DNA from: a virus
Virus record (IMG/VR): IMGVR_UViG_3300042691_012617
Coordinates: 104,427 to 168,426 of that record
DNA: 64,000 nucleotides
Strand: one strand, 5' to 3'
The notes beneath the pieces were generated by a model. It did not search any database and had not been told where the DNA came from. It saw only the letters and a program-made list of their open reading frames with translations. Each line of letters opens with the position of its first letter. Position 1 is the first letter of the stretch. Of the stretch, positions 1 to 9,132 are shown in pieces. A program made the translations under genes and the position numbers.

Positions 1-978
1 TCTTATGATGTCATGTTGGATGTTTGTCCTGCCGTTCCCTGCAAGAACCATGTCATTGATATCCTTCAACCCACGGAATCTCTCAGACCAAACACATACC
101 TTATGACCGTCCTCCAAAAGACGCTCCATCGCTTCGGCAACTTGCTTGTTGCGAGGCTCATTGTCCAATGCATAGATTAGGTCTGAATCCTTCAGTTCAT
201 CGGGAATATTCGTGGCATCCGACAATCCGACCATGGCTACGCAGTTGTCCAAGAACAGACTGTCCAATGGACCTTCGACTACGATGACTTGCTTCTTGGG
301 ATCGCATCTGTCCAAGCCATACCATGTCTTTCCCGCGTCCTTGTCTGCCTTGACTGTCAGATATCGAATGGTGCTTCGATCAGGCTTACCATTCCCAATG
401 ATACGACCCTGTGCGCCAACCACCTTGCCATCTGTATCCAAGATCGGAATGACGATTCGTTCATCATCCCCTGCCTGTACATCGGGGTCAATGTTCTTAG
501 CCCACTCGCCATAATCCTCTGAGTAATAGAGCCGACTCAGACTTTCCTTTGGCAAGCGTCTCTTGTGTGCCCACTTGACGGCGGGGTGATCGTCAGGCAG
601 GGAATCCAATCGGGGAAGAAGGGCGAGGATCTTATCCTCTCTACGCACGGGCGCGTGTGGGAGCGCGTCCGCGTGTGTGCGCGTGTGCCCGTGCGAGACC
701 CCCGTTTCCTTGAGTACTTCGAAGATGTACTGCTTGTATAGATTGGGATCTAGCATCTTCAACAGCCAACCTATGCTTGCGCTATAGTCGCAGTTGTGAC
801 ACTTGCAGGAAAAGGATCCCTTCTTCTCGTACAGATAGAACCGAGCCTTGCTCTTGCTCTTCTGACTGTCACCACACATGGGACATCGACACACCGCAAG
901 ACTCTGCTTCTTCCATTGAAAGCGGTCTAGGCGTGGTGATAGCAAGTTGATGTACTTCGTGTCGATGTGGATCGGCAT
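1..978 (-). CDS. gp61: DNA primase (T4 gp61-like), 3' end truncated by window edge
   Basis: Manual translation from ATG at 978: MPIHIDTKYINLLSPRLDRFQWKK..CRCPMCGDS..KARFYLY..CKCHNC zinc finger; TOPRIM-like VVEGPLDSLFL and LDNEPRN further in. Absent from the ORF track because it runs off the window. Confidence 0.93.
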   Translation of the reverse strand, partial: MPIHIDTKYINLLSPRLDRFQWKKQSLAVCRCPMCGDSQKSKSKARFYLYEKKGSFSCKCHNCDYSASIGWLLKMLDPNLYKQYIFEVLKETGVSHGHTRTHADALPHAPVRREDKILALLPRLDSLPDDHPAVKWAHKRRLPKESLSRLYYSEDYGEWAKNIDPDVQAGDDERIVIPILDTDGKVVGAQGRIIGNGKPDRSTIRYLTVKADKDAGKTWYGLDRCDPKKQVIVVEGPLDSLFLDNCVAMVGLSDATNIPDELKDSDLIYALDNEPRNKQVAEAMERLLEDGHKVCVWSERFRGLKDINDMVLAGNGRTNIQHDIIR

Positions 979-990
979 TAGATTTGGAAT

Positions 991-1019
991 ACTGTACCCC
1001 ACGATCTGTGGGGTGTCAA
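991..1019 (-). promoter_or_regulatory. sigma70-like promoter for primase
   Basis: TTGACA-N17-TACAGT on minus strand just upstream of ATG 978. Confidence 0.6.
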
Positions 1020-1149
1020 GTAAAATCGCCCATGATGAGCAAAGTTATAGGATGTTATGACTTGACGATTTTGGAAATCGACAAATACAAAATCTTATCA
1101 ATCTACTTAAAAGTCAGCAGATTCTTATTGACATGCTTATAGATAGCCG

Positions 1150-1749
1150 TCAAAGTTTGCGCTTCAACTTCTTGTTAAGGTCTTTGGTCTTCTTCAGGTT
1201 ACGAGCGAAGTACATGCCACGCTTGCCTGGTGGTTCTTGTCCTGGAGACACACCCGCGATGTTCCCACCCCCGACATTGTTGACGGGAGCATCTTCGCGC
1301 TGAACAGATTCGATGGTGAAGACTTTTCCTTCATGCTTGTAGATCGGATGTCCCAAGAACTCATCCGATGGAAGAAGTTCTTCCTCTAGCACGATGGACA
1401 TTGCGATTCCATGGATAGAAATCGTTCCCGCAGGAATCGCAACTGGCTCTGCATTTTCCATGATCGTGCGGTGAGTCAATCCACGCTTGGTCAGTTCCTC
1501 AAGCATTAGTCTTTCGATTGCGCTTTCGGGCATGTCATCGCTGCAATACTCTTGGATCTTATATCCATACTCTGCGACTGCATGTGGGGTGTACGGCTGC
1601 GACCAAATGGTAAACGGTTCACCCGCCTCCATGACTTGGCGCAGTTTATAGATGTACGATTCAAACCTATTCTTGCGCTCAGGGAAGTCCCTCCAAGGGC
1701 AATTCATGAGATGCTTGAAACGCTCTGTGATCAGGTGTTGAATGTCCAT
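1150..1749 (-). CDS. hypothetical T4-like phage protein
   Basis: 199-aa ORF; C-terminal EDAPVNNVGGGNIAG motif of the kind seen upstream of primase in T4-like phages. Confidence 0.7.
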   Translation of the reverse strand: MDIQHLITERFKHLMNCPWRDFPERKNRFESYIYKLRQVMEAGEPFTIWSQPYTPHAVAEYGYKIQEYCSDDMPESAIERLMLEELTKRGLTHRTIMENAEPVAIPAGTISIHGIAMSIVLEEELLPSDEFLGHPIYKHEGKVFTIESVQREDAPVNNVGGGNIAGVSPGQEPPGKRGMYFARNLKKTKDLNKKLKRKL

Positions 1750-2141
1750 CAGATGCTCCGCAGTTTCTTTATGATGTCCTTGTCCATTGGAATCTTGACG
1801 AGGTCAATGCTCAGGTGAAACCGAGTCGGTTGGCTGTCGGGCAAGTACTCCAAGAAGACCAAGAATGTCTTCAGTATGTAGTGCAAATCCTCGTCTATCT
1901 TGAAGAACAGGAGTTGCGTCCCTGCCTCCACCCCGAAGACATTGCAGAATGTGATTATGTGATTGAGGATCAGACGATCCCGAAGGACACCCGACTTCTT
2001 GTAGCGTCGAAAGAGACGCTTCAGGTAGACGATACGGGCAAGATCTTCTTCGAACTCTTTGACCCCCATGCATTGGGGATTGTCGTAGTTCCGCATCGCG
2101 TATCGGACATAGTTTTCATCGGTCAGGCTGTCGCCTTTCAT
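1749..2141 (-). CDS. conserved T4-like phage protein (YDNP/EFEEDL family)
   Basis: NYDNPQC..EFEEDL.RIVYLKRLF..RLILNHII..NVFG motif. Confidence 0.8.
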   Translation of the reverse strand: MKGDSLTDENYVRYAMRNYDNPQCMGVKEFEEDLARIVYLKRLFRRYKKSGVLRDRLILNHIITFCNVFGVEAGTQLLFFKIDEDLHYILKTFLVFLEYLPDSQPTRFHLSIDLVKIPMDKDIIKKLRSI

Positions 2142-2159
2142 TACGAAGAGCCATGGCTA

Positions 2160-2651
2160 TTAGCCGTTGGGCACGATCATCGCATGGACTTGAGTCAATC
2201 CATTTGGCAACTTGTTGGTCTCAACACGGAGTGCGAGACCATGACCGAGCATGGGGGTGATTCCGTCATCGTGATTTGTTCCGTAGGTCGTGCCGTCAGA
2301 ACCAAACACGCCACCGAAACGAACAAGAGGAAGAAGTTCCTCTGTCTGTGTTGAGAGACGCATGGCACAGTCACGATCCATATGGAAATCTAGACCGACC
2401 ATCTGAAGCCGACCCTGTGCCTGTTTTAGGGCAGACACAGGGTCGATGTATGGCTTCGCAGATAGCGCACCGAGATAGGTGTTGATACGAGCAATCGCTG
2501 CATTCGAAAGAGAGGACAGGTTGATGTCGGTGCCATCAAGTGCGTTGTCGCCATCCTGTGGACCTACCCGACCACGAATGCCCACCATGTCATATGCGGC
2601 ATGGGCAGCGGTTTCGTTGATTGTCTTTCTCAGTTCTTTGAACGATCTCAT
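2160..2651 (-). CDS. hypothetical protein with capsid-targeting-like leader
   Basis: Starts MRSFKELRKTINE; GGAG RBS upstream of ATG 2651. Confidence 0.7.
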   Translation of the reverse strand: MRSFKELRKTINETAAHAAYDMVGIRGRVGPQDGDNALDGTDINLSSLSNAAIARINTYLGALSAKPYIDPVSALKQAQGRLQMVGLDFHMDRDCAMRLSTQTEELLPLVRFGGVFGSDGTTYGTNHDDGITPMLGHGLALRVETNKLPNGLTQVHAMIVPNG

Positions 2652-2662
2652 GTTAACTCCTA

Positions 2663-3448
2663 TCAAGCGGTTGTACCAAAGGACACATAGAAGGTAGTGG
2701 CAGCAGTCAGTCCACCCGCACCATTATCGGTGACAAGAAGAGTTACTGTGCGAGGTCCGCTGTTTGCAGTTGCACCAACCTTGTTGATCTTGAACACGGC
2801 GATGTTGTTGTTGATGTCCGAAGTGGGGCCAAAGAAGGTTTCATAGATCGCGGAGGGAACACCAGTTAGGAGAGTGCTTCCTGAGATGATGTTACCCGCT
2901 GCGCCGAACTGATCGGTTACTTCAGAGAAAGAAAGATTCTGCGTGAAGTTAGCGTCATTTGCAACAACCTTGATGTAAGCGGTCTGACCACCACCAAACT
3001 GCAAGGTAGAGACTCCGTAACCATTTACGGCATAACTTCCATAATTGGCACCACTTCCAGTAGCAGAGTTGGCGAAAGAGAGACCAAGCCCATCAACACC
3101 ACCCGCAGTTGCGCTGTCGCCGCTGAACGGACATGTAAAGTACGGACGAGTGTTTGCCGCTTCTCCCGATGCAGCCGCGCCACCCGTAGCCGAAATGCGA
3201 CCCGCATAGGATGAACTCGTAACGCCCGTGATCGATGGATCGATTGGCATTGCAACGAGAAGTTCCATAAACGGAGTACTGAATGTCAGGGAGGTCGCAC
3301 CTCGGACACCCATCAACTGACCGCCAAGCGAAGTGCCGTCAAGTGGAAGTTCCCAACCCGCAACTGTGCGGATGCAGCGAATCTTTTGCGATGCGTTGAG
3401 CCATGTAGGCTTAGATTCCTCGCGGTCGTTTGCGTTCCAGTAAGACAT
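2663..3448 (-). CDS. putative virion structural/decoration protein
   Basis: G/S/T/A-rich, beta-prone 261 aa; late promoter ATAAATA at 3474-3480 and AGGAG RBS. Confidence 0.55.
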   Translation of the reverse strand: MSYWNANDREESKPTWLNASQKIRCIRTVAGWELPLDGTSLGGQLMGVRGATSLTFSTPFMELLVAMPIDPSITGVTSSSYAGRISATGGAAASGEAANTRPYFTCPFSGDSATAGGVDGLGLSFANSATGSGANYGSYAVNGYGVSTLQFGGGQTAYIKVVANDANFTQNLSFSEVTDQFGAAGNIISGSTLLTGVPSAIYETFFGPTSDINNNIAVFKINKVGATANSGPRTVTLLVTDNGAGGLTAATTFYVSFGTTA

Positions 3449-3476
3449 TTTTGTGGTTCTCCTCTGTGCTTTCTAT

Positions 3477-3914
3477 TTATCCGCCGATTTTCGGTGGGTT
3501 CTTGCCCTTGCCTGCTAGACCGTCATTGGTACCGAGACTCGACTTGGAAGTCGGCTTGGCAGTCTTGCTAGCAACAGAGGCGGGGGTTTCTAGTTCATTT
3601 GCCTTATGCGAAGGGTTCGAAACCTTTCCTGCGGGAACGACTGCTGTCTTTCCCTCAAGGTGCAGTTGAACTGCCTTGGCAAAGTCATTGGCTTCCTTGG
3701 TGGTACCACGGCAACCACAATCCTTCACAGCCTCATTGAAGAGATTGACAAGGGTGTTGCGACGATCCTCAAGGACGGTCTTTTCTGCAACGATCTTGGC
3801 GGCTTCAGCAGCCTTCTCTCCCAAGCAAGGGAGGATGTCTACATCGTTGCGATGTTCGTTTAGGAACTTGGTGATGTCAGCGACCACCTTAGAGTTGAAT
3901 GGATTGTGGAACAT
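3477..3914 (-). CDS. hypothetical late protein
   Basis: 145-aa ORF with AGGAG RBS and perfect TATAAATA upstream. Confidence 0.7.
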   Translation of the reverse strand: MFHNPFNSKVVADITKFLNEHRNDVDILPCLGEKAAEAAKIVAEKTVLEDRRNTLVNLFNEAVKDCGCRGTTKEANDFAKAVQLHLEGKTAVVPAGKVSNPSHKANELETPASVASKTAKPTSKSSLGTNDGLAGKGKNPPKIGG

Positions 3915-3936
3915 GGTGTCTCCTGTTGATACTGGT

Positions 3937-3944
3937 TATTTATA
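3937..3944 (-). promoter_or_regulatory. T4 late promoter (gp55-type)
   Basis: Exact TATAAATA on minus strand. Confidence 0.8.
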
Positions 3945-3952
3945 GATGCGCG

Positions 3953-4213
3953 TTATCCGCCCTTTGCTTTCTTCCAAAGATCGGCATCAGCAGTCTTGCG
4001 GGTCTTGCCACCCACAATGAAAGAGTTCACACGGGCGAATGCCCATTGATGGCTTGTAGCACCAGGACGGTGTCCCCCCTTCCATGCAGCCATGCCCCTG
4101 TCATACACTTTCTTGAGGATGCCGTATGAAATGCCGCTAGCCTTTGCTTTTTTTTCCAAAGCGGCGATGCGAGCCTCTGTAATGTCTTGTTTCAGGGACT
4201 TGTAGTTTTTCAT
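3953..4213 (-). CDS. small basic DUF5824-like protein with capsid-targeting-like leader
   Basis: MKNYKSLKQDITEA..ILKKVYDRGMAAW..HRPGAT..QWAFARVNSF; ATGA overlap with upstream gene. Confidence 0.7.
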   Translation of the reverse strand: MKNYKSLKQDITEARIAALEKKAKASGISYGILKKVYDRGMAAWKGGHRPGATSHQWAFARVNSFIVGGKTRKTADADLWKKAKGG

Positions 4214-7200
4214 GACTTCTTCTCGGGGTTGTAGCCCCATACCTTGAGTGCGAGCAACTTGCGTGTTGGGCGACCCTTCTCGTCACGCATGCCGCCCTTG
4301 GCACCCTTCATGCGGTTGATGAAGTTAACTTGCTTACCCGCCCATTTCCAATCGTTTGGTGTCCACTTTTCCTTGGGGGTGTCAAGCATGCGGATGATGG
4401 CACGGGCAGAGTCACGACCACTTGTGATCTTCTTGCCTCCTGCTCCTGCCTTTCCTGCCTCCTTGCGAGACAGACCCGCTTCCTTGCCCTCGTCAGAATC
4501 AAGGAACGACTGAATCTCCTTGCCCGACATGTTTACGAGTTTCTGCCACTCCTTGTAGAGAGCCGACTTTTCCTCTTCCGACTTCTCTTCGCCAAGCCGC
4601 TCACGCTCTCCTGGAGTGTCCTTCTTATATGTCTTGACGATCTCGTCGCTGCCGACCAACAGCGGGCCTCTCTTGCCCATTGCAGTCCATTGCAGGACAG
4701 CATTGATCTTCTTCGATTCGTTCAGCCAGTTCTCTGTGGTATCGGTTTCCTCGCCGTGCATCTTCCACGCAGTAGCATAGAAGACTTCCTTCCAACGCTT
4801 GCCATATCGCTTTTGGAACTCCTTCTTGATCTTCTCTTTCTTGGAGAAGCGACGAGCAGGGCCGCTTGGAGGACTGACTTCGACCAAGAGGTAGTCAAAG
4901 TCTTCGTTGATGTCGGTCTTGGGCAATTCGCTGCCCATCTCGCTATCGCGGATTTCCTTCAGCAAATCAATGTATGAACGAGTCAATTGGGCAGCCTCCT
5001 GCATGTTACGAGTCAAGCAACGCTCCTCGTAGGCAATTGCCATACGAAGTTTGATTGCGTTTCTTTCATCAGATTCATCGATCTTGGACAGACGCTCCAT
5101 TGCATCGTCGTGTTCGTAGCCATTCTTGAGAGCCTTCAACTTACCCTTCTTGGCGAGTTTCTTGTACAGGGTGCTGTACTTCGATGGCTTGGTCTTGATG
5201 TCTTTCTCATCGGGATTGACAAACTCCCATGTCTGTGGATCGTCATCAGACATTGTCTTGCGCTTTTCAAGACGCTTCTTGCGAAGTTCGGCTTCTTTCT
5301 TGCTCAGACCCGCGACATACTTCTTGGGTAGACCCGAACCCTTGTCCTTTGGGCTTTCCTTTGTTTTACCTGTCTTGGTCTTGAACTCCTTGCCCTTCGT
5401 GACATCTGCTTCAATAAGGGGATTGCCTTCCATCTCATCGCCCATACCGAGCATGCTGAGGAAACTCATGGCACCCGACACCAACTTAGTGGCGTAGACA
5501 CCAATATCAATACCACCCGATTCCATGAACTTGTGGAATAGTTTGGCAATGATCTTGCCAATCTTGTTGTCTTGGGCAAACATTGAAAGGGTAACCCCTG
5601 CGCCCGAAGCCTTGTATGCCTGAAGCATGACTTCATCGCGGACACGCATGACTTCTCGCTTGAAATCTGCGGGTGGAATCTTGCCTTTCTTGTTCACCAA
5701 AGTGAAGACCTTTGCGCTGACTGCGGGAGTCTTCATGATCTCCGCAACAGCCTTCGCAGCATCTTTGACTGCGGTCTTTTCAACAAGTTCTTCCTCTTCT
5801 TCCTCGTCGCCCTTGCGCTTGGAGTTGATATCGGGCTGTGGGTAGATCGCTTCTGCGGGATCGACAACCATGCCTGTCTTACTGAGGAACTGCAATCCAA
5901 TCAGCACCTTTGTGGACATGTGACTGCGGTCGCCAAGGCTGAACTTGATGTTGGGATATTTCTTGCCATGGAACTCAATGTCCATGAGAACCACAAGACG
6001 CTTCTTCTCACCGATACCGCTCTTGACGGTGATGCGACTGACGATCTTTTTAGTGACCTTCTTGCCATTGGGCAACTTGAAGGTGACTGTGTGATCGCCG
6101 TTGTCCTTGATGTCCTCGGCATGGATCATGTTGTAGCCGCTGTTGCCCGTGTCGATCTTGGCGGTGTACTCCGCACCATCGATCTTCACTTCTTCACGCA
6201 CGGCTAGGTTGGAGAACAACTTCCAATGTGCCTTGTTGAGGATGTAATCGACCAAGTCCTCTACAAGTTCCTCCCCCTTGACATTGTTCTTGCCCTTGCC
6301 ATCCTCGTAGTAGCGGTAGTAAATGTTTCCGCTACCTGGGCTTGCATTCATCTCAATGATGTATGGCTTGCCCTGATTGATGACATGGTCGATACCGACA
6401 TAGTAGCACTTGCTTACCCTTGCAGCCCGCTCCACCAACTTTATTTCCTCGTCAGAAAGTTGGAAAGACCCGCCCTTTGAACCACGGGCGATATTCGTGC
6501 GGAAGTCCTTGGGTGCCTTGTCTCTCTTGGCACACGCAAAGATCTTTCCGTTCAGCACGATGCTGCGGACATCGTTCTTGAAGTCAGGTAGGAACTCCTG
6601 AATGATGACTTCTGCCTTGTACTTCCATAGCGTCTGAAGCACCGACTTCAGGCTCTCCATGCTTTCGATCTTGGAGACACCGATGCCTTCCGCGCCCGTG
6701 AGAGTCTTCACAATGATCGGGAACTTGCCACCGACTTCCTTGACCGCAGTTTCAATGTTCTCCTCGTTGGCAACGAATGCCGTGCGGGGGTGGGGCAACT
6801 CATGCTTCTTCAGGGCGATTGCCGTCTCCAACTTGTTGGCGCACAGTTCCATGCCACCACGCTCGTTGACCATGAACACGCCATTGTTCTGTAGGATGGT
6901 CATGATTGCGACTCCGATGTCGCTATTCATCACGCCACCGCGAACAATAGCAACCGTGTCGCTTGGATTGATGGTGCAGTCCTTGCCTTCACCGTCATAG
7001 TTCTTGATGACGATCTTCTTCGATGCAACGCTAGAAATGTCAACCTGAGCCTTGCTCGTCTTCACGGCATAGAACTCAATCTTTCGTCGCTTGCAGATCG
7101 CTTCCATCTTCTCAATGGTGTCGCTCAGATCCTTCTCCGACGATGTGAGGGCTAGGATGGTTACCTTGTCCTCTCCATCCTTGGCTTCGAAGATGTACTC

Positions 7201-7815
7201 TTCCTTGAGGTTCAATCCTTTTCGGACATCGTTGTACATCTTCTTCTTGAGAGCCATGTCGGTTCCCGCGACACCTGTGGCAAACTTCTTGAAGTCGCCA
7301 TCAAATGCTGCTGCTCTCATCTTGGAGGCAGACATGCCCTGAACGCCCTGTGCATCATCGTCACGGGCTTCCCCTGCCTGTACGACTTCGAAGTTGTCGA
7401 ATGAGTACTTGCGCTTCTTTGGATCGCGCTCGGCGGTTCTGCCCTTGTACTTTGCGATGTTCTTGAAATTCTCGACCTGATCGCTGCCTGCAATCATCAC
7501 GATGTTCTTGTAGCCCAAGTCACAGACATGCAGAACCGCAGAGTATGGATCTCCCGCCTTGTTCAGAGGGAACTTCGCCTTGGGGAAGAACTTCTTCAAG
7601 TACTCCACCTTCTGCTTATGTGTCAGGGGATTCTTTTTGGGATCCTGTGAGGTAGAGGCAAAGATGAAGTGATCGGCATTCCGCTTGGATGCCTCGGAGA
7701 GAACTTTGTCAACAAGCACACCGTGACCGATTGTCGGTGGGTTCATGCGACCGAATGCAATGACTACCGTGTCTTTCTTCGGTGCTTCCGTGAGGTGCTG
7801 TGCAAAGTTCTTCAC
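4210..7815 (-). CDS. multidomain polyprotein: cytidylyltransferase-like + RimK ATP-grasp ligase + RimK-associated retropepsin-like protease + DUF5824-like + DUF3140-like
   Basis: FGRMNPPTIGH/SASKMR (HIGH-superfamily NTase); FPIIVKTLTGAEGIGV, QEFL, DFRTNIARG, IIEMNASPG (RimK); AKIDTGN..VLIG (aspartyl-protease-like); WQKLVNMS..SGRDSARAI..LKVWGYNP (DUF3140-like). Confidence 0.85.
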   Translation of the reverse strand: MKNFAQHLTEAPKKDTVVIAFGRMNPPTIGHGVLVDKVLSEASKRNADHFIFASTSQDPKKNPLTHKQKVEYLKKFFPKAKFPLNKAGDPYSAVLHVCDLGYKNIVMIAGSDQVENFKNIAKYKGRTAERDPKKRKYSFDNFEVVQAGEARDDDAQGVQGMSASKMRAAAFDGDFKKFATGVAGTDMALKKKMYNDVRKGLNLKEEYIFEAKDGEDKVTILALTSSEKDLSDTIEKMEAICKRRKIEFYAVKTSKAQVDISSVASKKIVIKNYDGEGKDCTINPSDTVAIVRGGVMNSDIGVAIMTILQNNGVFMVNERGGMELCANKLETAIALKKHELPHPRTAFVANEENIETAVKEVGGKFPIIVKTLTGAEGIGVSKIESMESLKSVLQTLWKYKAEVIIQEFLPDFKNDVRSIVLNGKIFACAKRDKAPKDFRTNIARGSKGGSFQLSDEEIKLVERAARVSKCYYVGIDHVINQGKPYIIEMNASPGSGNIYYRYYEDGKGKNNVKGEELVEDLVDYILNKAHWKLFSNLAVREEVKIDGAEYTAKIDTGNSGYNMIHAEDIKDNGDHTVTFKLPNGKKVTKKIVSRITVKSGIGEKKRLVVLMDIEFHGKKYPNIKFSLGDRSHMSTKVLIGLQFLSKTGMVVDPAEAIYPQPDINSKRKGDEEEEEELVEKTAVKDAAKAVAEIMKTPAVSAKVFTLVNKKGKIPPADFKREVMRVRDEVMLQAYKASGAGVTLSMFAQDNKIGKIIAKLFHKFMESGGIDIGVYATKLVSGAMSFLSMLGMGDEMEGNPLIEADVTKGKEFKTKTGKTKESPKDKGSGLPKKYVAGLSKKEAELRKKRLEKRKTMSDDDPQTWEFVNPDEKDIKTKPSKYSTLYKKLAKKGKLKALKNGYEHDDAMERLSKIDESDERNAIKLRMAIAYEERCLTRNMQEAAQLTRSYIDLLKEIRDSEMGSELPKTDINEDFDYLLVEVSPPSGPARRFSKKEKIKKEFQKRYGKRWKEVFYATAWKMHGEETDTTENWLNESKKINAVLQWTAMGKRGPLLVGSDEIVKTYKKDTPGERERLGEEKSEEEKSALYKEWQKLVNMSGKEIQSFLDSDEGKEAGLSRKEAGKAGAGGKKITSGRDSARAIIRMLDTPKEKWTPNDWKWAGKQVNFINRMKGAKGGMRDEKGRPTRKLLALKVWGYNPEKKS

Positions 7816-9014
7816 GACTCGTTTACCTTTCTATTCTGTCTGCTGAACCGCAGACGATTGACCAACTTGACCGCCGTACCCGTTCTGACGATCACGATTC
7901 CTTCGGGGTCGGTGGGACGAATACCATCAGCATCCATGAAGAAGTGACCAAGGGCAGAGACCGCATACAACTTTCCAAGGATCATCTCCTTGACCTTTGC
8001 GATCTTGTTATGCAGTTCAAACATAGCATTGAACTGATCCTCGTAAGCATCGATGAAAGCGAGGATGTCGTTCATGGCGGTTTCCTTCGCCTGTCTCCCC
8101 TTCTCGGTCTTCAACTTATTTAGTTCCTTTTCCAACTTAGTCTTTACATACAGTTTCAGACCACTTGCGCTGAAACTGGTCAGACCGCCGTTGATCGTGC
8201 TGTTGATGTAGGGGAGCATCAGCGGCATGAGGTCTTTACGGGCAAGCAGGGGCTTCAGGAAAGGCTTTACCTTCTTGGCTAGCGTCTCGCACTCGGTGAT
8301 GCCCCGAAGCGCGGTATCGCCTTCCCCGCCCTTCAGGAGGGCAGGGGTGAGGTCGTAGATGTTCGGATCGGTGAACCAAACATCAGGATGCTGCTTGAGT
8401 TTGCTAGCGTTGAAGTTGAAGGTGGTTGCCTTCAAATCGGCAAGGGTCTTGCCTGAATACTCGGTGTGGAATGTAATTCCAATCTTTGCGGCTGCAATCC
8501 GCTTGCCGATTTCGCTGTCAGACGGGACGGTGTATAGAATCGTATTTGGTTGGAATCCAATATGTGGCTTTCCGCCAATCGTCAGACTCTTCTTACCATC
8601 AGCGGTGAACATCAGGTCGCCCTGAAGCACACCCTTGATTCCTACCTTTGGCAAATACTTCAGGCATTGAACCAACTTGTCTGCCAAGTCCTTGATGTCA
8701 AATCCCTTGCGAATCTCTTCTTCGGTATGAAACACCTTCTGCACTTGCTTGCCGAAGACACCCTTGATAGCGACGAAAAACTTCTTGTTCTCGGGATTGA
8801 TGCCGCAGATAACAGCAGGCTTTCCATCCCATTTTGTGGACATTCCTAGCGATGTGTTGCCCGTCTTGAGACTCTGAACGATGTCCTTCATGAAGGCAAT
8901 CGCATTGTCCAAGCCACTCCCACCCTTGAGGAGCATGAGATCTTCGATGTGATCTAGGTGCTTGTTCTGCTCAGTTTGCTCCATGAGAGGGAGCATTTGC
9001 TTAAATGACAGCAT
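7812..9014 (-). CDS. DUF6267-like protein with RNA-ligase-like nucleotidyltransferase motifs
   Basis: NKHLDHIEDL, KWDGKPA (KxDG), LQGDLMF, PEGIV, KLVNR; neighbour of cytidylyltransferase as in other T4-like phages. Confidence 0.7.
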   Translation of the reverse strand: MLSFKQMLPLMEQTEQNKHLDHIEDLMLLKGGSGLDNAIAFMKDIVQSLKTGNTSLGMSTKWDGKPAVICGINPENKKFFVAIKGVFGKQVQKVFHTEEEIRKGFDIKDLADKLVQCLKYLPKVGIKGVLQGDLMFTADGKKSLTIGGKPHIGFQPNTILYTVPSDSEIGKRIAAAKIGITFHTEYSGKTLADLKATTFNFNASKLKQHPDVWFTDPNIYDLTPALLKGGEGDTALRGITECETLAKKVKPFLKPLLARKDLMPLMLPYINSTINGGLTSFSASGLKLYVKTKLEKELNKLKTEKGRQAKETAMNDILAFIDAYEDQFNAMFELHNKIAKVKEMILGKLYAVSALGHFFMDADGIRPTDPEGIVIVRTGTAVKLVNRLRFSRQNRKVNES

Positions 9015-9033
9015 AGGGTGTCTCCTGTGCGGT

Positions 9034-9040
9034 TATTTAG
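9034..9040 (-). promoter_or_regulatory. late promoter CTAAATA
   Basis: CTAAATA followed by AGGAG RBS and ATG 9014. Confidence 0.7.
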
Positions 9041-9052
9041 GCTCATATGAAA

Positions 9053-9127
9053 TAGGCGGGGCGGGAGTCGAACCCGCATGAGGGCGATTATAAGTCACCA
9101 CCTTTTACCACTATCAGGCACCCGCCC
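9053..9127 (-). tRNA. tRNA-Ile(UAU)
   Basis: GGGCGGG..GGTGA-CT-TAT-AA-TCGCC..GGTTCGACTCC..CCCGCCTA cloverleaf. Confidence 0.85.
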
Positions 9128-9132
9128 GTAGT

